From Octopus bimaculoides (lineage: Eukaryota), in NCBI RefSeq assembly GCF_001194135.2, contig NC_068995.1:54770812-54834811 (forward strand): a DNA stretch of 64,000 bases, given 5' to 3'. Made by a program: the position numbers and the translations under genes. Below are positions 1-13,008 of the stretch, in pieces. The notes beneath the pieces are model-generated. The model worked only from the letters and a program-made list of their open reading frames with translations, made no database searches and had not been told where the DNA came from. Every line of letters starts with the position of its first letter. The stretch's first letter is position 1.

Positions 1-1255
1 GTTTCATTAGAGACGCTACCAGCGTTAATGTGTATGATAAGCGTCGACTGACAACGATGTAATACAACAAGCATTTTCATTCACGGAAGCATTGAGCGAA
101 ACTCACATAAAACTACGCATCGACAAAAATATAATACTGTGCATGGAAACAGAAGCAAGAACTTTCGAACTTCCGGTCACTATCTCCAAAAGAACGGTTT
201 TTGTAATCATTTACCAAGTTTACTTAAAAACTATCATGCTAGTCAAATCATGGTTTAGTGGCCTGAAAAATTAGTAGTTGTATTACTACTAAAGTAATAA
301 GTATTCAAAGAATATAAAACATATTTAAAAAAAAAAAGTCTCACATCATAGCAAAATAAAATATAATCATTAGTATAGCAATAAAAAAAAACCTTTATTC
401 ATTGCACTTCCATAGCGATACCTATAGTACGTGATATTATTAAACAATGACTAATGTATAAAAATGACAGGCGTAAAATATTTAAAAAATACAATATGTT
501 CTAGAAATGATGAAGTTATGAATATCGGTTTATTCTAGTCATGCCTTTCATTAGATATCATTCATTATATTTTTTCCCATATTTTTTTTTCATTTAAGGA
601 CATTTTGGAACATTACATTTTATTCAATTTTTTTGTTATTGTTTTCTTACATTGTAGTGAGTCTATTTATATTATTTTCCACTTTATTGTAGATGCTTAG
701 AATTCCTGGAGCGTCTCAGTAAAAGTTGTCGATATATTTTTTTATCTGTTATACACAATAATTCAACAGATTTTTTTTTACCGCTTATAACAGGTCTACC
801 AAAGAATATGACACCATTCGTGACTAGATATCAAACCTTGAAAATGATATCAAATAAGAGAAAACTTTTTCAAAAGAGAATAGTATATTACACATTTATA
901 TATATATAACTGAAATTCACTAGATACTCATTAGGTCTGCAAATACTATCCAGTTTCAGAGATGTGTTTGAAATATTAGTAAAAGAATGAAAACTTTTAA
1001 TGTTTACCGGCTATGTGAGTTTACTTATTTATTTTAATAAAAATATATGTCTATGTTATGAAAATGTTCAACATCGTGTTTGAACACATCTAGGTATATA
1101 CATACGCTCCCGCACACATAAATGCGTATATATATATATATGCGTGTGCGTATATACATGTATGTATATATACATATATATATATATGTGTGTGTGTGTA
1201 TGTATATACGCATGCCTCTATGTGTTACATGTATTTATTTATGCATTTGTATATA

Positions 1256-2117
1256 TTGGTTTGGCAACTATGATCCCGCCGTTTTTTTTTTAACTTTGGA
1301 ATTTATTGCGTTTATAAATTTTTTGAATTGAATTAATTTTTTCCGAGAATTCTATTTTTGAATAATTTTGGAATATATTTTGCTTTGTTTTTCTAGTTAA
1401 TTTTAGTTAATTTTTGTTTATTTTCAGATCATTAAAATGGAATGTCAAGTCAAGAAAAACGAGCATTTTTGACACCTCCTTTTTGCTTATAATCAAGGTT
1501 CTAAGGCCGCAAAAGCTGCTGATGACATCGGTAAACAAGCGACACCACGCGTGCAACAAGATCTTCATCCGCGTAAAATGATGTCGTGGGCATGGTGGGA
1601 CTGGGAAGGGATTATCCGTTACTAATTCCTTGAACGGAACCAAACGGTCAACGCGGAACTCTATGTTCAAGAGATGAAATGACTCAACACGTCTATTTAA
1701 GAGAAAAGTCCTAATCGTCAGCATGTAGTTCGTCTGCTGCACGACAACGCCCGCCCTTATATCGCTAATATGACCAAGGAAGCCATTCAAATGCATGGCT
1801 GGGAAGTACTGCCAGACCAGCCGTACTCTCTTGATTTGGTCTCAACGGATTTCCACTTCTTTCGATCTGTTTCAAATGCTATGCGTGGAGTTTCGTTCAA
1901 TACTGATGCAGAATTGAGAGCTTGGTTGGATCAATTTTTCGAGTCGAAATCGGGTGATTTCTACCAACGAGGTATTGAAAATCTTGTTGAAGCTTGGGAA
2001 AAAGTTTTAAATATAACAAGGGTGAATACATTACTGATTAATTAGTTGTTATTTTTATCAAATCTTTTAAAAAATTTTAATTTAAAACTAACCGTGGTAA
2101 CTTGGTTGCAAACCCAA
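1256..2117 (+). mobile_element. Mariner (Tc1/mariner) DNA transposon, internally deleted and decayed, with both TIRs
   Basis: The frame from ATG 1437 to 2045 reads MECQVKKNEHF*HLLFAYNQGSKAAKAADDI, then GKQATPRVQQDLHPRKMM..WWDWEGII..LLHDNARPY..WEVLPDQPYSLDLVSTDFHFFRS. These are the mariner WWD, HDNARP and YSPDLAPSD-like motifs, with 4 in-frame stops. TIRs TTGGTTTGGCAACTATGATCCCGCCGTT (1256) and the reverse complement of 2090-2117, TTGGGTTTGCAACCAAGTTACCACGGTT, match at 20/28. Flanked by TA on the left and TG (mutated TA) on the right. Confidence 0.93.
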
Positions 2118-2669
2118 TGCTTTATCTGCTTAAAAATTTAGAATTTGCTAAATGTGTTTCCAAGAGTGTTTCTAAGTTACATAGACAGTTCAATTTTAAA
2201 TCTCATGAAGATTGCAAACTTTCAGCATTAGGTTTGTTCAATTTTCAAATATGGGAGGTATTTCATGTTGTCAGATACAACAAACATTTGAATTATCTGC
2301 ATTTTATTTTTTAATTAGGCAATTCCAACAGAGCAAAATGGAAAGAAGTTTGTCGAATTAATTATATTTAATAACGTGTAAAAATCAGCAGGAAGCAGAT
2401 TATCTGATTTTTTTAAAAGAATTTTTTATGCCATAACATTTTATTTTCCATGACATAAAATGTACATCAATATACCTTCATTTAATGAATCTTACAATTG
2501 TCTAAATGACTCCCGTGCACACATGCCACTCCTCCACGCAATCACACACCACATAATACTTGTTTTCACTTTACTCAGTTGAATCACAGCATCAGTTAAT
2601 GGTCTGTTTTTTTTTCTGATTTTGACATACATTTAAAATTATAACATTACTCGGCGAAAATCCACTGAC

Positions 2670-3360
2670 CTCGAAGTTTGTCAAGATCTCCTTGAATTTG
2701 ACGCTGATGACTCGTCCTTCACGTTGAGGATGATCACCGGTGCGCGAGTTGGGTCTAAGCGTAGGAGCCTGAGACACTGCAGCAGTGGTCGCCATGGAGT
2801 ACGCTTCATCTCCATGACCGACGAATGCACGACAGTGCTACATCACAATCAAGAGTAATCTCATCGCTTTTTTTTGACATCCGCGGTATTGAGCTGACCC
2901 CACCACTAGGCCAAAACGCTTAGTTAGAGTTCTGCCGCGACGTTTTGAGGCGTTTGAAGGAGAACATTCGACAAAAGCGATCAGATCCCGGGGCGGGAAT
3001 AATCGGAATCCTTAGGATGACAATACTTACGGTCACCGAGCTCTCCTCACTCGTCATTTTCTCGTCAACATACAACATGGTATCGCTTTTGCACCTGACC
3101 TATTCGCCAAATTTAGAACTTGTGGACTTCCATGTCGTGCCCAAAAGGAAAAGGAACTCTATGGTTACCGTTTTAACACCATTGTCAAGATCAAGTGCGA
3201 ATCTGAGAAAGAACGCGACTCGATTACGAAAAAAAGATTTCCAAGCCGGATTCCAAAAGTGCAGGAACAGTGAGTGGGACCAGATTATTGCTACACAAGG
3301 TAACTATTTCGAAAGAAATTATGTTAAAACTTAGGGAAATAAGTTATTTTTTATTAAAAA
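2670..3360 (+). mobile_element. Second mariner transposase remnant (different family, frameshifted)
   Basis: Across frameshifts it reads CQDLLEF..RMITG, SSP*PTNARQCYITIKSNLIAFFDIRGI, FCRDVLRRLKENIRQKR, DDN..HRALLTRHFL, NMVSLLHLTYSPNLELVDFH..PK and DFQAGFQKCRNSEWDQIIATQGNYFE. These correspond to the mariner TGDE, FFD.RG, HDNA and YSPDL catalytic-domain motifs. Confidence 0.88.
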
Positions 3361-3363
3361 TAA

Positions 3364-3667
3364 CTAGCAGAGCTACCCGACGTTGCTTGAGAGACTAAAA
3401 TGGCATAGTTTCTTTAGTGTTTTACTAGTTTCAATCATGTGACTGAGAAAATAAGAGAGTAACTAAAGATTGCTACAATGGAAAATCGAAACTTGTTTGG
3501 GATACCGGATCTTTTTTCTTCACTTCCTTTCTTCTCTTCAGCTTCTCCCAACTTCATATTCTTTGCCTTCCAGATTTATTGTTCTTTTAGTCATGTATTT
3601 ATTTATTTTCTTGATTCTATTCCACTGCATTTCCTCTTTTCTATCTCTGCCTTGTTCGTAGTAAAGA
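3364..3667 (-). mobile_element. Short non-autonomous Helitron (about 304 bp)
   Basis: On the minus strand it starts A|TCTTTACTAC (5'-TC at 3667) and ends ...CAAGCAACGTCGGGTAGCTCTGCTAG|T (3'-CTAG at 3364). It sits between host A and T, with a degenerate GC-rich hairpin about 10 nt before the CTAG. These are canonical Helitron termini. Confidence 0.6.
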
Positions 3668-4752
3668 TGTTGTTAAAATGAAGAATTAAGAAATTGTAGT
3701 ATTAATTACTTTTGAAATACCACAGCATTTCTACTGGGGCTAATTTCAATTTGATTTACATTTTTTTGCGTAAAGAACGTAATGTAGGAATTAAGATTAT
3801 TTATAATATATTTATACCGCAAATATGGGGGAAAATTATAATTAAACACTACACTAATGGGAACGTATGAATATAGCCCCTCATTAAAGTATTAATTAAT
3901 CGCTAAAATTGCATGTAACATGTTTTAATTCCTACTAATTAACTATGAGATGATCTCATATGGTAAATGGTATTTTCGGTAGATACTACTATTTCAAATC
4001 TAGAAATGTAATAGGATTGATAATATGCCAATAGGAAAATTGAAAGGAAATTATTTGAGCCATTTTTCGTTAATTACAAACAGTTATTTGCCTACGATTA
4101 TGTGTGTGTGTGAGTACACACACATAGGTGTACATAATTGCATAGCTATGTTTGTGCGTGTATGCATACAAGCTTATACACTATTGGTTTCCGATTTTCA
4201 GGTTGGTTTTAAGATGCAAACTTGCGTGTAAAATTGTGATTTGAAATTACTTTATTGGAGACATGTTAAAGAGATTTTCTCTGCAATTACTAATATAACA
4301 GACTAAAATATTCTTGGCACTGCAGTAATTACGGTTACTATGTTTGCAAAAGAAACACAACATGAATTTGGCAATGATATTTAGTTGCACGAAATTTCAA
4401 CAACTATTCCTGAATTTTGTATTACTGTAAAATAGAAGTCGATTTAATAATACATACGGTATTTTTACCTTTCCCTTTCAGTCTAATTTGATGTTAAACT
4501 TTATCCCTCTAAATATATGTTTCTGTAAATTCGGCACGATCTGCACTAATCGTCCAAACTCCACAAATGATTTAATATAGAATAAAGCAAGTACGTAAGG
4601 GTTGGAGAAACCGGTGAATTAAATGAGCAGAAGTTGGAATGAAGTAGATACGAATTGCAGCCGTTATTAGTACTATCACTCAATGGAAAAGCACTTCAAA
4701 ACTGCGCAATTTAGTTTGCAGAAATGCAACTTAAAATTACCCACATAGACAC

Positions 4753-5030
4753 ATTGTCGGTTACGATGATAAGGGTTCCAGTTGTTCCGATGAACGGAAC
4801 AGTCTGCACGCGAAATCAACATGCAAGTTGCTGAGTAATCGATAGTTACTCTTGGGGGAATTCAGCTTGAACAAGAATGTAAAGAGCCTGGTCTTTAAAA
4901 TACAGGTACTACACACCTTTGTCAGCTAAATGGCTTGAACCAACGTGAAATAAAATGTCTTGCTCAAGAACAGCAGGCGCTACCAGGATTCGAAGTCACG
5001 ATCTTGAGTGGAATACCTTACTATCTGAAT
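4753..5030 (-). mobile_element. tRNA-derived SINE (family A), decayed
   Basis: The reverse complement of 4950-4978 (TCTTGAGCAAGACATTTTATTTCACGTTG) matches 32541-32569 (TCTTGATCAAGACTCTTTATTTCATGTTG). A B-box-like remnant lies near 4990-5000. Confidence 0.7.
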
Positions 5031-5761
5031 GTTCACAAACCTGCCCATAAAATCAGCTTGGGTAAATTAAAAATGAATGACGCCAATAAGACATTCAGCT
5101 TCATATGAGGGCAACATTACGGTGATTGATATGGTCGCAGTGACAATCATCACACCCGATATGGTGGCAGTATTTTTAGTCCGAATTTGTAACAAGAAAA
5201 TCATTTTTCAAGAAAACAAAAAGAATCATGAAGATCCTTGGAGGGGAAACCACCAGAACGTATATGGTCAAATAGCTCCTAGTTAAGTTTCACTGTCTTT
5301 ATTTGTTTATACAGCATGCAAAAATGCAAGATGCATCATTATAACTAGATACATGATTTACAATCACCTATTCACATTTCTAATCTTCAAATAGAATCAA
5401 GTAACGATTTCCATATACCAAAGCAAAGTTTATGAGAACATAAACATTATCTGATATGCTGGGTACGCATTAATATCTTGGATGATATCCGGCTAATAAC
5501 ATTCTCGAATATGTAACCGAAATAAGATTAACGACTTTGTGAATGAAGAAAACATTACTCACTATCTCTCTGCACTACATTAGAGCTGTCTTCATAAAAA
5601 GGTAACCGCAATTCGTATAAGATAAATTGTCCTTTCCGTAAAGAATAGCAGATCAACAACTAACCAACAACGCGTAAAATATTAATGACGAACTTCAAGG
5701 TCTATATTACACATATATTTCGCACATACAAAACGGACTGTTACTCGCTGTTTCAATAATC

Positions 5762-5762
<1 letters not shown>

Positions 5763-5818
<56 letters not shown>
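5763..5818. repeat. (TATC)n microsatellite
   Basis: Perfect tetranucleotide array seen directly. Confidence 0.97.
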
Positions 5819-6087
5819 CTTTGGCCTGTCACTCTATGGATATTTAAATATACACATACGTTATATATACAACATGTATATATGGATATATATATATATA
5901 TATANNNNNNNNNNNNNNNNNNNNNNNNNNNNNNNNNNNNNNNNNNNNNNNNNNNNNNNNNNNNNNNNNNNNNNNNNNNNNNNNNNNNNNNNNNNNNNNN
6001 NNNNNNNNNNNNNNNNNNNNNNNNNNNNNNNNNNNNNNNNNNNNNNNNNNNNNNNNNNNNNNNNNNNNNNNNNNNNNNNNNNATGTT

Positions 6088-6120
<33 letters not shown>

Positions 6121-6819
6121 AACCATTTAAAAATCATTGGAAGACGTTTGTGAACCGATGATAGAAACAAATGGAGATTAAATAAAAGCTTAAATATTAC
6201 TGCATGTTTCACAATAGAAAAACTGAAGAGAACCCAAGCGGACACTGGTCAGATGGATGATACCTTGTTGATGATATATCTATAAGTATTGGTCTTCTTA
6301 TATAAGTATATGCGTGTGTGAGTGCGTGGCGTGTGCGTATGTGTATACATCAATATATGTACATGTGTGTTACCTTCCTTTTGTCATTTGAAAATCTAAG
6401 ATCAAATCGATTTATTCACGCAAAAAAGCAATATCGATCGCATATAATGAAAGAAAAAAATAGAGGCACAGAGCGTACTAATTACTGCCTTCGTGAGATT
6501 ATTATTTGATATTGATTTACATTGTTTAGCACACAAATAACAGTGGATATAAATATGAATCTACGATATTGTGAAATGCGATGTCTGTTTCGTAATACTT
6601 GTCCATAAAACTTCTATTCCTGATAGATATTAATGTATGTACAGTTTTTCGGTACGTTGTTTCGATTTATACAAATATATATACACTTATGTGCGTGTAG
6701 GTGTGCGTGTATGTGTGACTGTATTCCACTGTGTACGTGTACTAATCTATGTAAATGAATACAATGTTTGGTATTTATACATTCATGTGTGTATGTACAG
6801 ATATGCATATATGTATATA

Positions 6820-6851
6820 TGTGTGTATATATATATACATATATATACATA

Positions 6852-6930
<79 letters not shown>
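6820..6930. repeat. (AT)n microsatellite
   Basis: Long TA dinucleotide run; it is the source of the IYIYIY ORFs at 6614-6989. Confidence 0.97.
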
Positions 6931-6936
<6 letters not shown>

Positions 6937-7437
6937 CTCTCTCTCTCGCTGCATATATATATACACATCTATATATAACAGATAAATAACACGTTCAACA
7001 GTATACAGCTTTTAAATCTGACCAGAGTTACTTCTCTTCAAATGTCTTATTCAATACGGCTAAAGAGCAAGAGACGCGTCTGGGAATCCACTATAGGGAG
7101 GCATTGTGCACATATGGGGTATTTTACAACTTCTACCATGACAGAAAAGATTTCTCCACGATACTTGCAGTGAATTTGCATTTAGTAATTGAAATCACTT
7201 GAAGAAAATCACATCGTTAAGTGTAATACAGCCCTTACAGGGCCGACAAATGTTTCGATTGTTTAAACATATTTAGATATAGAATATGTCGCTGAAATTC
7301 CGAAAATACATTTTACGCAACGTTTTCAAGGCGATCCAAAATTAGTTAAATTTAAAGCATAGACTCTAATTGCATTTATTGTTGGTATCAAATTATTGAA
7401 CATAGTTAATCAGATCCGTTTAAAATGAGTACTCTAT

Positions 7438-7484
<47 letters not shown>

Positions 7485-9849
7485 TATGAATTAATATGTA
7501 TGTGAATATTCATATATGCATGTATATGCTCTTTATAAAATATTGCACATATTTAATCTTTGCCTCGGTGAAAATATCCGCATTTGCATATTTGTTTCGA
7601 TATATATTTTCGCTCAGACGAAAGTATCAAATATCTTTCATTACGGAATCAATTTTGTTTGTAATAATTTTCATTTTATTTAAGGATTTTGGGTGTCATG
7701 TTTTAATGACAGGTGTATTTAAACTGTGTATGCAACTAACTTTTTCCAGAATAAATATTCAAATTTCGCTCAGGACTACTAAAATAAATACAATGTCTGT
7801 TCTATGACTCATAAACCGATTGCTGCTTCTCATTTGTTATCAGAATTAGCTCCTCACCAAATATTGATCGCCATAGTAATTAGCAGTTTAAAACATTATC
7901 CTTGGTCGGTCAGATCCAATAAACCTGGCAAATATAGTTCCGTAGCATAGTCGCTGTCCATTGATTGAACTCTGCAACAAAATAACAACAATAATGTTTT
8001 ATAATCGTTAGACGATCTAGACATTTATGCTGATGACAAACAACAAAATCAAGGAATTACTTTAGCATCTGCTAATGAATGTGATTTCATGGCATATAAA
8101 TGGCGATTTTCTATCAGCTATGTGCACATATTAGTGTAGAAACTTAGACTATTGAATGAGCACGTTAGAATTATTTTTTCTGATTGTACACAAAATTGTA
8201 ACATTGTTGTAAATTGTGCATGGAATCGGTAAATGCAGTAACCAATATATAGCATTTAAAAAACATTAGTTATATTGGAAATAATGTCGTTTATTTTTTC
8301 TCATGATACACATTGAAAATTAAGGTTACATTATAATCACACCATTAACACAATCTCATAAATAAGGCCACAGATAAATGAGTTATAGAAAATGGTGGTT
8401 TCATTCAGACAATAACGTGTACATCTTTTTAGTTGGGACGTTTGAAGAATTAAATTTGTGTTGTAACACCAGAGTGTCACTGGAATTCATGTTCGTTTCT
8501 GAAGAAAGTGTTTAACAACCAAAATGCTTTCTTAATGAGGGTGAATGTTATTATAAATGGTGTCATTTATCTCTTTACATATCTCCGGTCCTAATAAACG
8601 TCTCAACATTATTATAGTTGTAAGATATGGAGCCAATCATTTAGAAGCCAAATTCGTGAAAATAAAGCAATTGGGAAAATTGCTGTAGTTGTTTGAACGC
8701 GTTATGAAATAATTTTGCCATTCTAAATACCCGTAAGCCATTTTACAAACAGTTGGATTAAAAATAGTGTAATGTGATGATCTTTGAACCAGTTAAGATA
8801 CTTCGGACATTTTCAACTCGTATCACTTGTATTTGCAAGTTGTTTTCAGAACATGTAGCGTGATACGTAGATATGGCAAAAGCGTAAACGAGCTTCATTC
8901 TGATTTTCGATAGAAAGAAGGCATATAATGGAGATCCAGAAAAAAATGTTTAAATTATGAGTCTGAAATTCCGAATCTCTAATAAACAATAAGAATTAGA
9001 ATACAATGGAACTGACGAAGGTCTGAGTAAGAGAATAATAATTACAAAATAAACTATGCGTAAGAGGGTCTTCGAACAAGCATTCAGTCTTTTCTGTTCT
9101 TCAGGTTAAACAAATTTACTGCTTGTAAAAATTTTGATTTCCTTCTTTTGTTGTTCGCAGCTCTACTCAGACAATGTAGATATTTGATCATAGGTGTTGT
9201 AACCGTTATCAATGTGCGTTTAATCTAATGTGTTCTCGCCAACAAATTAGAATGGATAGGGTATCGTGCCAAATTTAAGTGCCTGTATCTAGCATGTCCA
9301 ACACCAACGTATAAGATATATTGCTACATTGTTCATATTTTAGCAATATATTTTCTTGTATCTGTCCTTTCCCAATACTTTCCCTCAGAGGCATTACAGG
9401 AATTAGAGTAATAAAACTGATAAAGGATTCCGTAGAAAAAATTGTCTGCTTGTTATATTGTAACAAAATCTGCACATCTAAAAGAGCAATACAAAGGAAA
9501 TGTTCGCTGTTAGATTCGGTATTATTTGGAGAAATTTTACCTTTTAAGCAATTATTTGAATTTGTGGATTTCTTCAGTGACACAACAACACAGCACCCAC
9601 TATAGAGAGAAGCTAAACAATAGTATCTTGGCTCCTAGTTTCCATTTTGGCTATTTAATTACATAAATAGAAGATCCACCAGTTTCACCTAAAAGTGTTA
9701 TTGTCTGATTTACAGTATTACTTATATATTGAAGAGATCTCTTTAGTAATCTTAAGTTACGCGTATTTTCACTTCAGGTAGAATCACACTGACAGTGTAA
9801 AATGAGAATGGTAATTTGAAAGAGTCTGTTCACCTGTGAAAGTTCTCTG

Positions 9850-9894
<45 letters not shown>

Positions 9895-9904
9895 NNNNNN
9901 NNNN

Positions 9905-9943
<39 letters not shown>

Positions 9944-10000
9944 CGGCAGCAGTAATAGTAGTAGTAGTAGCATTTGTAGTAGTAGTGGTAGGAGTAGTGT
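9850..10000. repeat. (TAG)n microsatellite with internal gap
   Basis: Trinucleotide array; it explains the poly-Thr ORF 9774-10064. Confidence 0.95.
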
Positions 10001-11033
10001 TAGGAGTAGAGTTTTGTTGTTTTTGTTGCTGTTGTAATTTGAAATAGTCTGTAAGTTTGTTCATGTTCTCTTAATCTGGTTGATATAGCATCTTGAATAC
10101 AGCCAAATGACCCCATATTCTTTAAATATAGACTCATTATGATTTGGGATCCTAGATACCGTGAATCAATATAAAAAAAAAAACTAGAGTGTTACGTCTG
10201 ATAGACATTTTAGCATGTAGGTAATTGTATCAGGCTGATATAGAGGTCAGCACTAGCAGCGTAAAAAAGCAGTAGGATATCATTATAATGCCTGTAATGT
10301 TTATGTTAGAAGAACATTGAGTATGAATCACGGCTTCTCTAGTTAAGCTTCTTCGTGAAATTCACGAGATAAAAGAAATTAGAATTTAAATGTAGAAGAG
10401 CATATTGTAATTTTCAGATTTTATCGCAATTTTTTCGAAATATTTACTGATTTAGAGAAATTTAGTTATGTGGTGATGGAAGTTTCTAACCACGAAGAAG
10501 ATAACGTATTGAAAATAGCGTTCACGTGTTCAGCAAAATTCCATACAACCATTTTAAAAAGCAATGGCGTTATACATATGCCTAAAACGAGAAATGATCA
10601 TGCTTTCTAACTTTGGTCTGTCTGTCACTGCCAGACAGAGTTTGCATTTGCCTAATGAACATATACAAAGGACATATAGTTGATGTTATATTGTACGATT
10701 ATTATGATAGGATGTCAATTTCATATGGCATTCACGGAGGAGAAATCGACACTTATGCAGATGCTTCTGCTGATGATGATGGTATTTGTACATCTGTGAA
10801 GGTAGGTTTGTGAAAAGGCATTTCATAAGAGATTCAAACGGAAGTAATTTTTCCAGACGGGGAGAATATTTAGCATTGAAATAACATAAATATGTTATGA
10901 AATGGTCCGGCTTGTTCATTGAGTAGACATAGTAGAGTTTGGCTAAACAAAGGTTACTATAATTATTTCCATTGAAATATTTACATACATGAATACTACC
11001 TAAAGAATCAATCGTTACTGAATATACAATATT

Positions 11034-11155
<122 letters not shown>

Positions 11156-12429
11156 CATACAGTATTTTAAGCATTCTATTGTGATAAAATCGAAATGTAA
11201 AGAACACCAGGCGGGTTAAATGTACTCTTACATTTAAGCAGAAACAGCGTACAAGATATTACTTTTATCGTTACACAGAACGTGATCAGTAGTATAAACA
11301 TTATCATCAACATCCTCCTCCACCATCACCTTCTGTCAACACCAGCAGTTGTTGATGCGATGTGAGTATGAATAGCAATAGTTGTTGTGGCATAACGCAA
11401 ACATTTTGTACCAAAGAATGAAGATAACCAGAAATATTGGAATAAATGAAACTAATTCATACATGTGAGGAAGTAAATAAGTAAATAAGTAACTGAATAA
11501 AAGAGAGAGATATGTAATTTTCAGATTCCATCTCCTTTGAAATTCAATATCATGGTAGCATCAACGTATAGTTTCCATTTAATTATTGCAGAAAGGAATA
11601 ATATTTTATTTATTCATTGATTTGTAGGATTTATAGCACACTTCATGAAATATTCCGAATGAATAAATGGATTCCAACATTTAAATACATTATGCTAGAA
11701 ATAAATTGTTTCCATTTTTTTTTTATTGTTGATTAGTGATTTATAAATTAGGTATTATTCCTCTTCGTGAAATTTTAATCTACTTTTCAATTATATTTTT
11801 GCTAACAGTAAATGGGCAATATGATCATATATTGAACCAAATAATAAAAGCGTACGCTTTGCGTTCTCAATTCCCTTGGTATAAAAATCACATTTTTAAA
11901 AATGAAAATGTTGATAATGCAATACAGTTTACTTTATAAATATATTTATTCGATTCTTTAAAACAATTGCCATAAATATGGTAGCTCGGAGTTATGAATA
12001 TTGAAAATCACTAATTATTAAAAAGAATCGGATCATTGAATATTCAAAGTGAGCGAATATTGTACAATACGTACAAATAGCATCATTGCCATGTTTAAAT
12101 AATTTAGGAAAAGTTACAAACACCATTAACTAAACCAGCAACAACACATTAAGCGTCATTTCCTCTTCTTTTGACACATTGTAAAGCTATTCACTATTTT
12201 GCATAGCTTTATCAAATTTTGCAAATATGTTCTCTTAAAGTCATCAGTGTATGCGTGTATATATATATGAGAGGAATAGCCACCAAGGTGTAATCCTAAT
12301 ATGTTAGGAGAAGACGCAAAATCGCCTTGCCACGAAGAATATGTTCTCCAAAATTTTAGAAGACGCCAGAATGTATGCGAAGAAGACAACTAAAGGAAAC
12401 AAAATAGAGCAATTAACTCCACCTTCAGA

Positions 12430-12815
12430 TTTGTTCATTGTTATCGTGGAAGTCCTACAGCACAATTCTACCTGCATCAATCCTCTTTCCCATGACTTCT
12501 AGGTAAGTACACTCGAGCAGCGCCTCCTTTTGGTTGGTGCATATTCTTAGATATTAGTAATTGTTTTGCCTTTCTGTCAACGCGTTGGATTTCTGTAAGA
12601 TTCCAGTTAGTGATGTTAAAATTGTGTTGGAACACAGGAAGTGCCAGGGAGGGAGTTAATGGCTTCGATGCGATATTTGGACTTGAGTTCAGCGCTTAGC
12701 ATGAGTCATAGTTTTCTATGACACGCCTTTCAAATTTTCTTCCCTCATAGTACCATGTGATATACGATCTCCATCGTTTATCTCAAGGTGTTTAGCTTCC
12801 TGGTGGATCAAGCTC
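12430..12815 (-). mobile_element. Dong/R4-clade (RLE-type) non-LTR retrotransposon fragment, C-terminal part of the reverse transcriptase
   Basis: The minus strand, with frameshifts, reads ELDPPGS-KHLEINDGDRISHGTMREE..LMLSAELKSKYRIEAINS-LALPVFQHNFNITNWNLTEIQRVDRKAKQLLISKNMHQPKGGAARVYLPRSHG-RGLMQVE. This matches the R4/Dong pattern YKYLG..ELN..N(R/K)I.AIN..AVPV..Y.F.I.NW...E...DRK.R.LL....MH.PK....R.YLPR..GGRGL. Confidence 0.85.
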
Positions 12816-12862
12816 ATTGGTGGTAATAATCCAGCACACCGATAGTTACAAGGGACAGGTCT

Positions 12863-13008
12863 GAAGAGGAAGAGTAGGAGGAGGAGGAGGAGGATGAGGT
12901 AGAGGAGGAGGAGGAGAAGAAGAAGGAGAAGAAGAAGAAGAAGAAGAAGAAGAAGAAGAAGAAGAAGAAGAAGAAGAAGAAGAAGAAGAAGAAGAAGAAG
13001 AAGAAGAA
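12863..13008. repeat. (GAG)n/(GAA)n polypurine microsatellite
   Basis: Seen directly; it explains the poly-Phe/Ser ORF 12814-13050. Confidence 0.96.

Noticed and set aside
9275-9620. Overlapping ~100-aa ORFs on both strands
   Set aside because: No recognisable domain and no convincing splice sites or start. Stop-free runs of this length are expected occasionally by chance in six frames of 64 kb.
10383-10619. 78-codon stop-free frame (..FYRNFFEIFTDLEKFSYVVMEV..) after a TTTTCAG
   Set aside because: Unrecognised, no matching donor, and within chance expectation.
12495-12510. Strong-looking donor CTAG|GTAAGT
   Set aside because: It lies inside the antisense of the Dong/R4 fragment (the YLPRS codons), so it is coincidental.
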